64,000 nt of DNA. It comes from Pseudomonadota bacterium (GTDB lineage Bacteria; SAR324; NAC60-12). The DNA lies in the NCBI GenBank assembly GCA_004213175.1, contig SHAT01000005.1, positions 360 through 64,359 on the forward strand, in the 5' to 3' direction. The stretch's first letter is position 1, and each line of letters opens with the position of its first letter. Position numbers and translations under genes: made by a program. The notes below the pieces were generated by a model. That model ran no database searches. It was not told the origin of the DNA and saw only the letters and a program-made list of their open reading frames with translations. This document shows, in pieces, positions 12,480 to 22,220 of this stretch.

Positions 12480-13589
12480 ATGAGGCCTTCATTCGTTGAA
12501 GTTGATCTAAACAATTTAAGACATAATCTTTCTCTGATACGCGGGCACACAGAAAATAAACCGGTCATGGCGGTTGTCAAGGCAAATGCTTATGGGCATG
12601 GTATGTTGAAGGTAGCCCAGCTTTATGAAGAGTTAGGTGTAAACTGTCTTGGTGTGGCTTTACTGGAAGAAGGGATTTTGTTACGTGATTCTGGAATAAG
12701 TTTGCCGATTGTTGTTTTTGGGGGAGTGTTACCACAGCAAATTCATAAATACCTGGAATGGGATTTAGAATTTTTTGTCTCATCTCCTGAAGTTTTGCGA
12801 GTTGTGGAAACAATTTGTAAATCTGCCGCAGAACAGGCGACTGTCCATCTTAAGCTGGATAGTGGAATGGGGCGTATTGGAATCAATACCTCTGATTCGG
12901 ATTGTTTTATTGAAGAAGCGGTCAAAGCAGAACACATAAAAGTGAAAGGTGTATGTTCACATTTGGCTTGTGCTGATGATCCTGAAAATCCATTAACGAT
13001 GAAACAAGTTGAGAGGTTTTTATCAGCTGTTTCAGTTTTTGAAAGACTTGGTGCGGAGATTCCTATTAGACATCTCTCAAATTCTGGAGGAGTACTTTAC
13101 TTTCCTGAAACACATCTTGATCTTATACGACCTGGAATTTTGCTATATGGAGTATATCCTGATGTTACTTGTCCACATGTTCTGGATGTGCTTCCTGCCC
13201 TACAGTTGAAATCCAAAGTTACTTTTCAAAAATCTATTAAAACTGGAATATCAGTAGGATATGGAGAGTCTTGGACTTCATTAAGCGACTCGGAAATTTC
13301 GACAGTACCTCTAGGTTACGGTGATGGTTATATGAGGCAACTTTCAAATCGCGGAGAGGTCCTGATAAATGGGAAATTCAGGCCAATTGTAGGCAGAGTC
13401 TGTATGGACCAGTTTATGGTAAATTGTGGAAATGAAGTAACTAAAACCGGAGACGAAGTTGTTTTGATCGGTCAACAGCAAGACCAATGTATCACGATTG
13501 AAGAAATTTCTGCTTTGGCAAATACAATTCCATATGAAATATTGACCAATCTTAATGAGCGACTTCCCCGAATTTATTTCAACGAGTAA
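12480..13589 (+). CDS. alr: Alanine racemase
   Basis: AVVKANAYGHG (PLP Lys), HLKLDSGMGRIG, SHLA, RPGILLYG, GYGDG, GRVCMDQ, TIPYE. Confidence 0.97.
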   Translation: MRPSFVEVDLNNLRHNLSLIRGHTENKPVMAVVKANAYGHGMLKVAQLYEELGVNCLGVALLEEGILLRDSGISLPIVVFGGVLPQQIHKYLEWDLEFFVSSPEVLRVVETICKSAAEQATVHLKLDSGMGRIGINTSDSDCFIEEAVKAEHIKVKGVCSHLACADDPENPLTMKQVERFLSAVSVFERLGAEIPIRHLSNSGGVLYFPETHLDLIRPGILLYGVYPDVTCPHVLDVLPALQLKSKVTFQKSIKTGISVGYGESWTSLSDSEISTVPLGYGDGYMRQLSNRGEVLINGKFRPIVGRVCMDQFMVNCGNEVTKTGDEVVLIGQQQDQCITIEEISALANTIPYEILTNLNERLPRIYFNE

Positions 13590-13855
13590 CGATATTGACT
13601 TGCTTGATATTTATAAAATAGTTAAGTTTAAATTTCTTATAAATACATTAGTAATATTTTAAATAAGAATTCCAGTCAATATTGAAAAGAGTGTAAAAAA
13701 GTTTTCATTCTTTAAGATAATTCAAAAAATTAGGTTTAGAGATGAATGGGAATATTTTAGCAATAAGTTTTGCGATTTTGAATATATGTTTTGTACTTCC
13801 GATAGGCTATTTTATGGTTATGGATATTTTGCGAAAATGATTTCAAGCGGACCAT

Positions 13856-14062
13856 TTAATCATTTTTCTCTAAACACTTAATGATTGCAGTGTCATCCTC
13901 ATAAGCAATTATCTTGTATTTATTCCCGCACCGTTCAAAAGCATTGATTTTTAATTCTTCAGGTTTCATGGCTTTTACATAAAAATAAGAATTTGATGTT
14001 TCACAAGCACAGTTCAACCAGATTGTAGCCAAAATTAGCAAAATCCATTTTTTTTTCATCAT
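13856..14062 (-). CDS. Small predicted lipoprotein of unknown function (paralogue of 1417..1626)
   Basis: MKKK + hydrophobic stretch + Cys (LNCAC). The mature part aligns with the other small lipoprotein. Confidence 0.72.
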   Translation of the reverse strand: MMKKKWILLILATIWLNCACETSNSYFYVKAMKPEELKINAFERCGNKYKIIAYEDDTAIIKCLEKND

Positions 14063-14237
14063 AATTTAGTGTTGCATTTTTTGCATAAGCTCAGTGCGTA
14101 CCAAAACGAGTTGCGCTTTGTTTTTATCAAAGCTTTAATAAGCCAAATTTTCTTCTTTGCTTTTTATTTTAAATCATCTATTTTTTTTATAGAGTAATTT
14201 TTTTACGCACAAAGTTAATTTTCTCTCTGATCCAGAT

Positions 14238-16097
14238 TTACGGTGCCCATCTGTTCTGCCTTGTTAAATCATATGCTAGTCTATCCCACGCAAGTAATCG
14301 TGCTTCCAATTTGTCAAAATAAGATTCTGACACATTATTGACCAATTCTCTGTATTCCATGCGGCGGATTAAAGAATGTTTCAGATAAGCTCTGTCCGTG
14401 ATTATTCCAATGAGTGACCCTTCACGTACAAGTGCTTCTGATTCTTGTTCATGCAATAAAGTAGATCCAAGTGCAGTGTATTGTGTGTCCAAGCCCATGA
14501 AATCTAAAAAGGTTGGCATTAAATCAAGCTGAGAAGTAACTGTTTCAACTATCTTGGGTTTCATCAGGTGTGGTGCATAAAAAATTAAAGGAATCCTGAA
14601 TCTTTCAAGAAAATCTCCTTTCTGGAAATGAGCGAGGACGTGATCTGCAGTAATCACAAAGATTGTTTTATCGAACCATTGTTCTTTTTTTGCCTTGTTT
14701 ATAAACTCTCCGATTGCCCAGTCAGTATAATTTAAAGAGTTCAGATAACCGCCTTCTTCAGTTTCATGATGAGGATGACGGTTGAAAGGAGCCGTGAGCT
14801 TGGGAAAAGGAGTGTGATCTGTGCTAAGATTTATAAAAGCCATGAAAGGGGTTTTCTGGTTTTTGATCTTTTTCAAACTAAACATCAATGTCTCATAGTC
14901 CCATCCGAGGTAACGGTCCTTCTCTTCCGGGAGATAATCCAATAAAAGGGGCATATCTTCTTTGCCATAATATTCGCTAAAACCGATAGAACTTGCAATA
15001 GCCTGAGCTAGGAATGATTCTCTCAGTGTGCTATTGACAAAAATAGTTGAAATTCCACTCTGTTCCGCAAGTGCTGCAATTTTTGAATAATTTGCGGAAG
15101 TATTTGCAATTGTAGGCAGTCCCAATACAGAGGGCATACCAGTCAGAACCGATTGTGCTCCATCAATACTGCGTTGACCGTGCGAATAAAATCGATTGAA
15201 CTTCCAACCTACTTTACTCAATTTGTCCAAATTCGGTGTTATTTTGTAATCATTTCCCCCAAAACTATCAACATAACGTGGAGTAAGGCTTTCTACAAAA
15301 AGCACAATTAGGTTATTTTTTTTGCCATACGTTGACACAATATTTTTGGATAACGGGAATGTCCTATTCCAGAAGTCATTGGGCAAATTTAAGGTTTTTG
15401 TGATTTGAGAATTTGAAATTGATAGACGATCAACAGGTGGGGATAAACTTGAGTGGGATGCAGAAAAAACTCCGTTCAAAACCAAGTGCCCGAAACTACT
15501 ATTTCCTGAAGAAAATGCATGTACAATGGCCAGAGGTTTCATCCCGATACCTCCTCGCCCAGCAATAACAACGAAAACAAAAAATATTATGAATTTAGCC
15601 CAGTGCATGTTTGCCATTACTACTCTGATTTTGCAGAGCCTGAGCCAGTAAAGTAGACCTAAAAAGACAGTCCCAAACCAGACCGCTAAGTAACCTGGAT
15701 TTGCCGTCGCTTCACTGATTAAATATTTTATGTCTTTTCCTAAAAACAATAATTCGTTTGTCATGTGCCTTTTCACATAACCGAAATAAATAACGTCACC
15801 AATCAACAGTGTGCCTTCTAAAACGAATACAAAAAACACAATACTGGAAAGAGTTACATGCCACCATTTCGAAGTGCACCAGTGAAACGGGAGAGCCATT
15901 AAAAGTAATGGTATTCCTGAAAAAACCAATAAAGATGCCAGATCAAACCGAAATCCATATAAAAAAGCCAGTATGACATTACTTAATGAGAGTGAACTGA
16001 AGTTTTGATAGTGAACCAAAAAAATCCCAATTCTTGCTATTAGAAAGATTCCAATTCCGATAATGAGATAATAAAAAATCTTTATAAAGATGCTCAT
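14238..16097 (-). CDS. LTA synthase/MdoB-like membrane-anchored sulfatase-fold phosphotransferase
   Basis: About 5 N-terminal TM helices (GFRFDL), N.IVLFVES, ITPNLD, G.RS..G, STDH.P, YTDWAIGEF, TIFVITADH, SQLDLMPT. Confidence 0.85.
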   Translation of the reverse strand: MSIFIKIFYYLIIGIGIFLIARIGIFLVHYQNFSSLSLSNVILAFLYGFRFDLASLLVFSGIPLLLMALPFHWCTSKWWHVTLSSIVFFVFVLEGTLLIGDVIYFGYVKRHMTNELLFLGKDIKYLISEATANPGYLAVWFGTVFLGLLYWLRLCKIRVVMANMHWAKFIIFFVFVVIAGRGGIGMKPLAIVHAFSSGNSSFGHLVLNGVFSASHSSLSPPVDRLSISNSQITKTLNLPNDFWNRTFPLSKNIVSTYGKKNNLIVLFVESLTPRYVDSFGGNDYKITPNLDKLSKVGWKFNRFYSHGQRSIDGAQSVLTGMPSVLGLPTIANTSANYSKIAALAEQSGISTIFVNSTLRESFLAQAIASSIGFSEYYGKEDMPLLLDYLPEEKDRYLGWDYETLMFSLKKIKNQKTPFMAFINLSTDHTPFPKLTAPFNRHPHHETEEGGYLNSLNYTDWAIGEFINKAKKEQWFDKTIFVITADHVLAHFQKGDFLERFRIPLIFYAPHLMKPKIVETVTSQLDLMPTFLDFMGLDTQYTALGSTLLHEQESEALVREGSLIGIITDRAYLKHSLIRRMEYRELVNNVSESYFDKLEARLLAWDRLAYDLTRQNRWAP

Positions 16098-16451
16098 TAT
16101 ATATTATATGCGGGATTTGTTTTAAGTTGCTCTTAATTATTAATGTTGATAAAATTGAACATTGAAATACTCTCAACTTAGAACCTTGCACAACAAAATT
16201 CAAGAACAAATTCATATTGAACATCTCTGGCTTTTTTAAATATCATTGTCTTGATTTGGACTTGATCATGGTTTTATTTATAAACAAAACATGATGAGAA
16301 ACGAAATTCTTTTTTTATTGATGACATGACTCTAAACCCAAATTGTAATGTCTTGCTTTAATAAATAATTTAATTGACTGGGCTTAATTATCTAGATAAC
16401 ATAAAAGATTAATTTTTTTTGTAAGTAACCCATCCACTAGATGGAAAAATC

Positions 16452-17120
16452 ATGTCAGAGAATCAATTAGCTGCAAATATTCGTAGCACCAAAGGTAAAT
16501 CAGCCAATCAAAAATTAAGACAATCGGGTAATATCCCAGCAATTCTTTACGGACCTAGGGGGAATATTTTGCTGGAGATGGAAGAAGAACCTACCCGTCA
16601 TCTTCTCGAAAAAATGACCGGTATGCACGAACTCGTGCCAATAAAAGTAACCGATTCTAACAGTGGAGATTGCTGGACAGCGCAGGTTGTACTAAGGGAA
16701 GTGCAGAAACACCCATATAAACATTTTCTTACACATCTTGATTTTTGGGAACTTCCTGCATCAAAGGAGCAGCTTGTACGTATACCAATTGAAGTGACAG
16801 GTGATTCGCCCGGTGTTAAAGGCGGTGGTGTTCTACAAATGGTAGTCCGGGATATACCAGTACTTTGTCTTCCTACAGATATTCCATCCTTTGTTGAGTT
16901 AGACATTTCAAAATTGGAATTAGGTGATTCAATTAGAATTCAGGATATTGAATTGCCTGAAAAAGTTTCTCATAGTACTGAGGAAAATTATGCTGTAATT
17001 TCAATTGTTGGGCGTGCAAAAGAAGAAGAGGTAGTAGAAGAAGAAATTAGTGAAGGAGAAGAAGGCTCCGAGGAAGCTACCGTAGATTCTGAGGAAGAAG
17101 AGACAGCAAACGAAGAGTAA
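16452..17120 (+). CDS. rplY: 50S ribosomal protein bL25/Ctc
   Basis: GK...KLRQSGNIPAILYG, EVQKHP, HLDF, GVKGGG, C-terminal domain with acidic tail; followed by pth. Confidence 0.93.
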   Translation: MSENQLAANIRSTKGKSANQKLRQSGNIPAILYGPRGNILLEMEEEPTRHLLEKMTGMHELVPIKVTDSNSGDCWTAQVVLREVQKHPYKHFLTHLDFWELPASKEQLVRIPIEVTGDSPGVKGGGVLQMVVRDIPVLCLPTDIPSFVELDISKLELGDSIRIQDIELPEKVSHSTEENYAVISIVGRAKEEEVVEEEISEGEEGSEEATVDSEEEETANEE

Positions 17121-17154
17121 CCCTGAGAAAGTACTGAAATAGGAAAGGGCGGGC

Positions 17155-17718
17155 ATGAAGCTTGTGGCCGGCTTGGGAAATCCGGGCAAAGAGTATGAAG
17201 GAACGCCTCACAATGTTGGCTTTCAGGTGGTGGATATACTCCTGAAAAAGTTGGGTCTTGGCGAATTTCAGCAGAAGTTTCACAGTCAGTATTTGCGTAC
17301 GACATTGAAAGGGGATGTATGTATTTTTCTAAAACCTCAGACTTACGTGAACCGAAGTGGTCTTGCTGTAGCTGAATGTGTAAATTATTACAAGATTCCT
17401 GTTCAGAATTTAGTGGTTATTTCTGATGATCTTGAACTGCCGCCAGGCAAAGTTCGTTTTCGAAACGGTGGCGGTCACGGTGGACACAACGGTCTACGTT
17501 CCATTATAGACTCATTAGGGGACAGGCAGTTCCGAAGAGTCAGGATAGGTATAGGCAGGCCTTCCGGAAAACAGGATGTGGTTGGACATGTTTTGAGTCG
17601 TTGGTCTATGGCTGAAGAAAATTTAGCTTTGAAAGGTATTGATCAGGTGCTGACTGAACTAATCAGTTTTTTGGAAACTTCAAAATTTGAGAATACTTCA
17701 TTTTTTGTAAGTGATTAG
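17155..17718 (+). CDS. pth: Peptidyl-tRNA hydrolase
   Basis: GLGNPG.EY..T.HNVGF, KPQTY.N.SG, DDLEL, GHGGHNGL.S, RIGIGRP. Confidence 0.96.
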   Translation: MKLVAGLGNPGKEYEGTPHNVGFQVVDILLKKLGLGEFQQKFHSQYLRTTLKGDVCIFLKPQTYVNRSGLAVAECVNYYKIPVQNLVVISDDLELPPGKVRFRNGGGHGGHNGLRSIIDSLGDRQFRRVRIGIGRPSGKQDVVGHVLSRWSMAEENLALKGIDQVLTELISFLETSKFENTSFFVSD

Positions 17719-17771
17719 GTTTGAGTATTTTCAACTTAAAAAATCAAAACGCATAATGTTTCTTGAAGAGA

Positions 17772-18863
17772 ATGGCTTTAGAAGTTGGAATTGTTGGTTT
17801 GCCGAATATAGGGAAATCCACCCTTTTTAGCTCTTTAACCAAGGTAAAGGCAGTAGCGGCTAATTATCCGTTTTGTACGATTGATCCAAATATAGGAATA
17901 GTTCAACTGCGTGATCCACGGATGAAGCGTTTGATAGAACTTGTAACTCCCGACCGTATTGTGCCTGCAACCCTTCAGGTTGTTGATATCGCTGGACTTG
18001 TGAAGGGTGCTAGTCAGGGTGAGGGCTTGGGGAACAAATTTTTAAGCCATATTCGACAGGTTCATGCAGTAGCACATGTGGTACGTTGTTTTGAAGATCA
18101 GAATGTAGTGCATGTTGAAGGATTGATAGATCCCATCAGAGATGTAGAGGTTATTCAGACTGAATTGATATTGTCAGATCTTGAGCAGACTGAACGTAAA
18201 ATAGAACGGCTTTCACGCCAACTAAAAAGTGACAGTTCTTTGGCACCACAAATAACTATTTTTGAGCGTCTGAGGGATTTTTTGGGTGAAGGTAAATTTG
18301 CACGTAGAATGGAATTCAGCGAAGAAGAAAGGACCTTGATAGCTGAATTAAATCTGCTGACTATGAAACCTTATCTTTATATTGCAAATATATCTGAAGA
18401 CGGACTCAAAAACCAGGAAGACCATCTGGAGCGGTTGAATGAGTTAGCATTGGCAGAAGGGGTGGAAGTTATTCCTATTTGTGCTCAGGTAGAATCGGAA
18501 CTGGCGGAAATGGAAGATGAGGAGTCTGAATTATTTATGGAAGAGCTTGGGATAAACAGTTCCGGACTCGACCAACTTACTAATTCCGGTTATAGGATGC
18601 TCGATCAGATTACTTATTTCACTGCAGGAAAACAGGAAGTGCGTGCCTGGGAAATCCGAAAAGGCACAACCGCTCCTGAAGCTGCAGGTAAAATACATAC
18701 CGATTTCGAGAAAGGCTTTATCCGTGCCGAAGTCTTTCATTTTGATGACATCGACCGATTAGGTTCTGAATCATCAATAAAGGAAGCCGGTAAATGGCGT
18801 CTTGAAGGCCGAGAATATGTGGTGCAGGATGGAGACATAATGCACTTTCGTTTTAATGTTTAG
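17772..18863 (+). CDS. ychF: Redox-regulated ATPase YchF
   Basis: GIVGLPNIGKST, ANYPFCTIDPN, DIAGLV.GAS.GEGLGN, AAGKIHTDF, YVVQDGD..HFRFNV. Confidence 0.97.
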   Translation: MALEVGIVGLPNIGKSTLFSSLTKVKAVAANYPFCTIDPNIGIVQLRDPRMKRLIELVTPDRIVPATLQVVDIAGLVKGASQGEGLGNKFLSHIRQVHAVAHVVRCFEDQNVVHVEGLIDPIRDVEVIQTELILSDLEQTERKIERLSRQLKSDSSLAPQITIFERLRDFLGEGKFARRMEFSEEERTLIAELNLLTMKPYLYIANISEDGLKNQEDHLERLNELALAEGVEVIPICAQVESELAEMEDEESELFMEELGINSSGLDQLTNSGYRMLDQITYFTAGKQEVRAWEIRKGTTAPEAAGKIHTDFEKGFIRAEVFHFDDIDRLGSESSIKEAGKWRLEGREYVVQDGDIMHFRFNV

Positions 18864-18888
18864 CATTTGTCTATTAACAAATTGCCTA

Positions 18889-18915
18889 GAGCAAAGGAAT
18901 TTACTTTTGCTTTTT
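18889..18915 (+). terminator. Possible intrinsic terminator after ychF
   Basis: agcaaagg-aattta-cttttgct stem with one G-U pair, followed by a T-run. Confidence 0.4.
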
Positions 18916-18964
18916 CCTTGTTCACTAAGGTGGACTTATTGACATTTCAATAATCCGAAAGGAA
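18914..18964 (+). promoter_or_regulatory. S6:S18-type ribosomal protein autoregulatory leader of rpsF
   Basis: ttcctt (18914-19) pairs with the SD-containing aaggaa (18959-64). Inner hairpins are gttcac-taag-gtggac and ttattga-catt-tcaataa. An unpaired CCG (18955-57) lies just 5' of the SD. Confidence 0.7.
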
Positions 18965-18969
18965 TATAA

Positions 18970-19437
18970 ATGACAGGATATGAACTTGTTTTCATTACAG
19001 ACCCTAACCTCAGCGAAAAGGATCAGGCGGTTGTATTAAAAAAATTTAAAAAAAACCTCACAGAATTTGGGGGTAAACTCATTCATGAATATGTATGGGG
19101 GCGCAGAAGATTGGCTTACGAAATTGCAGGTAATGATTTTGGTGTATATCACGCTTGGTACTTTACAGGTATTGGGAAAACTGTAGATGAATTACAGCGC
19201 CAATTTGGTTTCTCTGATGATGTTTTACGTAATCAAATTGTCAAAACAGAAGACCTTGATGCAGAAGCTTCATTTTTACATAACTTAATACCTCCTAGAG
19301 AGGAAACTTTAGGAAAAGATAAAGTTGAAAAGTCTGTCGAGGATGTAACAAAAGTATCAAAAATGACTGAGATTGAATCTGAAATTGAAACTGAGGCAGA
19401 AACTTTAGAAAAAGTTGAAACTGATTCCGTAGATTAA
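18970..19437 (+). CDS. rpsF: 30S ribosomal protein bS6
   Basis: YELVFITDP, WGRRRLAYEI, G.Y, VLR; acidic tail. Confidence 0.93.
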   Translation: MTGYELVFITDPNLSEKDQAVVLKKFKKNLTEFGGKLIHEYVWGRRRLAYEIAGNDFGVYHAWYFTGIGKTVDELQRQFGFSDDVLRNQIVKTEDLDAEASFLHNLIPPREETLGKDKVEKSVEDVTKVSKMTEIESEIETEAETLEKVETDSVD

Positions 19438-19555
19438 AGATTAAGAAGTGTGAAAGATACAGAGAAAACTACTCAATGACTCAGAACTGACTTTAAGCCT
19501 TTTGATTTTCATACAATTTTAGTTAGTATAATAAAACTTTTAGAAAAAATTAATT

Positions 19556-19888
19556 ATGTTAAAAAAACGAAAAAGATCCCATCTTCGTCGTAAACGTATA
19601 CCAACAAGTATATTGCTGCGCAGCAAACGCAAAGTTTGTCCTTTTAAAGAAGCTGGAATTGAACGTATTGATTATAAGGATGTTGAGTTACTAAAAAGTT
19701 ATGTGACTGAAGGTGGAAAGATTATTCCAAGTCGTATTTCAGGAGTTTGTGCTGCTAATCAGAGGAAGTTAAAAATTGCAATTCGACGTGCTCGTAACCT
19801 TGCGCTACTTTCACCAATGAAGGGATATGTGGCGCAACAGGTTATTGTCAATCGAGGTATTTCGGAAAACTCAAATAAAGATCTATAG
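19556..19888 (+). CDS. rpsR: 30S ribosomal protein bS18
   Basis: [36 protein letters not shown]. Confidence 0.96.
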   Translation: MLKKRKRSHLRRKRIPTSILLRSKRKVCPFKEAGIERIDYKDVELLKSYVTEGGKIIPSRISGVCAANQRKLKIAIRRARNLALLSPMKGYVAQQVIVNRGISENSNKDL

Positions 19889-19954
19889 TAAATCAAATAT
19901 TTATAAAATAAAGTACGAATCATGAAACAGCTACATACAAAATAAGGAAATGCC

Positions 19955-20503
19955 GTGAAGTTAATATTAATTGAAGATGTTACTAATTTAGGTTCTTTGG
20001 GTGACATAATTGAAGTAAAAGCAGGCTATGCTCGAAATCATTTGCTTCCAAAAGGGATGGCACTTTTGGCAACAGGTAAAGACTCTAAAGAATTACGTCA
20101 CCGCTTGCAGCATCTTGAAAAACTGCGTGCAGGAAAAATTGCACTTGCTAATGAACAGGCAGAAAAACTCAATGCTCTTAAATTGGAAATCCTCCGTAAA
20201 GCCGGTCTTGGTGGAAAATTATTTGGTTCTGTTACGAACCGTGATCTGGTAGAATTGCTCAAAGAAAATGGCTTTGAGATAGAACGGCGAGCTATTTTGT
20301 TGAATTCACCCATTCGAAACGTAGGCACACATCAATTCTCTGTTCGAGTGCACACGGAAGTTACGGTAACATTACAAATCAAGGTAATTGGGGACATAGA
20401 TGAAACATCAGCGTCTGAAATGTCCAAAGAAGAAGATTCTGATGTTCCTATAATGGACACTGCAGAACTTGAAGAACTTGAAGATCCCGAGAAAATTGAA
20501 TAG
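19955..20503 (+). CDS. rplI: 50S ribosomal protein bL9
   Basis: GTG start; LILIEDV.NLG..GD..EVKAGYARNHLLPKG, GKLFGSVT. Confidence 0.96.
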   Translation: MKLILIEDVTNLGSLGDIIEVKAGYARNHLLPKGMALLATGKDSKELRHRLQHLEKLRAGKIALANEQAEKLNALKLEILRKAGLGGKLFGSVTNRDLVELLKENGFEIERRAILLNSPIRNVGTHQFSVRVHTEVTVTLQIKVIGDIDETSASEMSKEEDSDVPIMDTAELEELEDPEKIE

Positions 20504-20523
20504 GAGTTAATGCTACGTTCATT

Positions 20524-20565
20524 AAAGTTAAAGGCTTTTTAAGATTGCTGCCTTTAGCTTTTTTT
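20524..20565 (+). terminator. Intrinsic terminator after rplI
   Basis: 12-bp stem aaagttaaaggc / gcctttagcttt with one U-G pair, running into a T7 tract. Confidence 0.6.
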
Positions 20566-20669
20566 GAGGAGATTATTGTACTACACTACTACCTATATCC
20601 TAATCTTTGATTCTATTCTCGATTTCTGTAGTTTCAATGCTGTCTTCCGAAAAAAGAAAACAAAATACA

Positions 20670-22052
20670 ATGGTTCCCGATCCTTCATCGAGGACACACT
20701 CGCAAGCTTCTGATCTTAATGAATTGCTGCCTCATGACAAGATGGCAGAGCAGGCTGTGTTGGGAGCGATTATTATTCAGAATTCAGTACTTTTGCAGAT
20801 TCTGGACATCCTTACTTCAGACGATTTTTTTTCTCCGGCGCATCAATTCATTTTTGCAGCCATGCAGGAAATGGCATCGCAGGAACCTCCTGTCCCTATT
20901 GATGAACTGACCCTTCTAAACCATTTGGAATCCAGACAGCAACTTGAACAAACAGGTGGGGTGGATTATTTAAATGAGTTGTCAAAGAAAACCCCAGTTG
21001 CCGAAAATGCTGAGTTTTACGCACAAATTGTAAGAGAAAAAGGTCAACTCCGTGACATTATCCTTACAGCCCATGAAGTTGCAAAACGCGGTCAGGAAGG
21101 GTCTGCTGAAAATATTTCTGATTTCATCTCTTCAGCTACTGAACGCTTGCAGTCAATAGATGCGCGTACACGTCTTAAAAGTTATACTCATCTCAAAGAA
21201 ATTCTTGCTACAAACTTTGAAGAATTAGAGAAAATTTCTGACTCACCGGAAAATGTAACAGGAGTTCCAACCGGTTTTGCTGAATTGGACGAACTGACAC
21301 GTGGTTTACAAAATGGCGATTTAATCATTCTGGCCGGCAGACCTTCAATGGGTAAAACGGCACTAGCAGTGAATATGGTACTTTATGCTTCAGCACATGC
21401 TAAAATTCCGTCACTAATCTTCAGTCTTGAAATGCCCAAAGAACACATTGCGATGCGACTGATATGCAGCGAAGCAAAAGTAAATAACAGGAAATTACTT
21501 GTTGGGGATCTAGAACAGGAGGATTGGGACAAACTGATGGAAGGTACTACAAGGATGATGGAAGCTCCACTGTTAGTAGATGACCGATCAGGTATTAATC
21601 CTAATTATGTAAGACAGGTGATCCGCCAGGCCAAAAAGGAATTTCCTGAACTTGGACTTGTGGTAATTGATTATGTTCAACTGATGCAGAGCAACATGCG
21701 GAATCCTTCACGAGAGCAGGAAATATCTGAAATATCACGATCATTGAAAGGTATTGCAAAAGAATTTTCTCTGCCATTGGTCGTTTTGTCTCAGTTGAAC
21801 CGTGGGCTTGAGAGGCGTACTGAAAAACGGCCTATGATGTCTGATTTGCGCGAATCGGGTGCACTTGAACAGGATGCGGATTTGATAGTCTTTATTTACC
21901 GGGATGAAGTTTATAATCCTGATACAGAGGACAAGGGCATTGCTGAAATAAGTATTGCAAAACATCGAAATGGTGAAATAGGGATTAAACGCCTCGCTTT
22001 TATTGGACAGTATACTAAATTTGCCAATTTAGCTCTTGGTACAGGTAGTTGA
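20670..22052 (+). CDS. dnaB: Replicative DNA helicase DnaB
   Basis: PH...AEQAVLG, TGVPTGF, AGRPSMGKT, FSLEM, IDYVQLM, LSQLNR, SDLRESGALEQDAD, KHRNG; no intein. Alternative start 20637. Confidence 0.97.
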   Translation: MVPDPSSRTHSQASDLNELLPHDKMAEQAVLGAIIIQNSVLLQILDILTSDDFFSPAHQFIFAAMQEMASQEPPVPIDELTLLNHLESRQQLEQTGGVDYLNELSKKTPVAENAEFYAQIVREKGQLRDIILTAHEVAKRGQEGSAENISDFISSATERLQSIDARTRLKSYTHLKEILATNFEELEKISDSPENVTGVPTGFAELDELTRGLQNGDLIILAGRPSMGKTALAVNMVLYASAHAKIPSLIFSLEMPKEHIAMRLICSEAKVNNRKLLVGDLEQEDWDKLMEGTTRMMEAPLLVDDRSGINPNYVRQVIRQAKKEFPELGLVVIDYVQLMQSNMRNPSREQEISEISRSLKGIAKEFSLPLVVLSQLNRGLERRTEKRPMMSDLRESGALEQDADLIVFIYRDEVYNPDTEDKGIAEISIAKHRNGEIGIKRLAFIGQYTKFANLALGTGS

Positions 22053-22055
22053 AAT

Positions 22056-22089
22056 AATTGCAGTTAACTTGAAAAGAGTAACTGCAATT
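22056..22089 (+). terminator. Hairpin directly after dnaB (terminator-like)
   Basis: Perfect 11-bp inverted repeat aattgcagtta...taactgcaatt; weak T-tail. Confidence 0.5.
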
Positions 22090-22220
22090 CAATTATATGG
22101 GACTATAGTGATGTTCTTCAAAATCATTACGTTTAGACTAGTTTTCAAGACAAAAATCAGCTACGAAATTAAAATAAAGATGATTGATCTGCAAACATAA
22201 GTTAATCTGAAATATTTTTG

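Noticed and set aside
14063-14237. Possible third, decayed copy of the mini-lipoprotein
   Set aside because: Only a weak DDLK*KA resemblance; neither the Cys pattern nor a signal peptide can be recovered.
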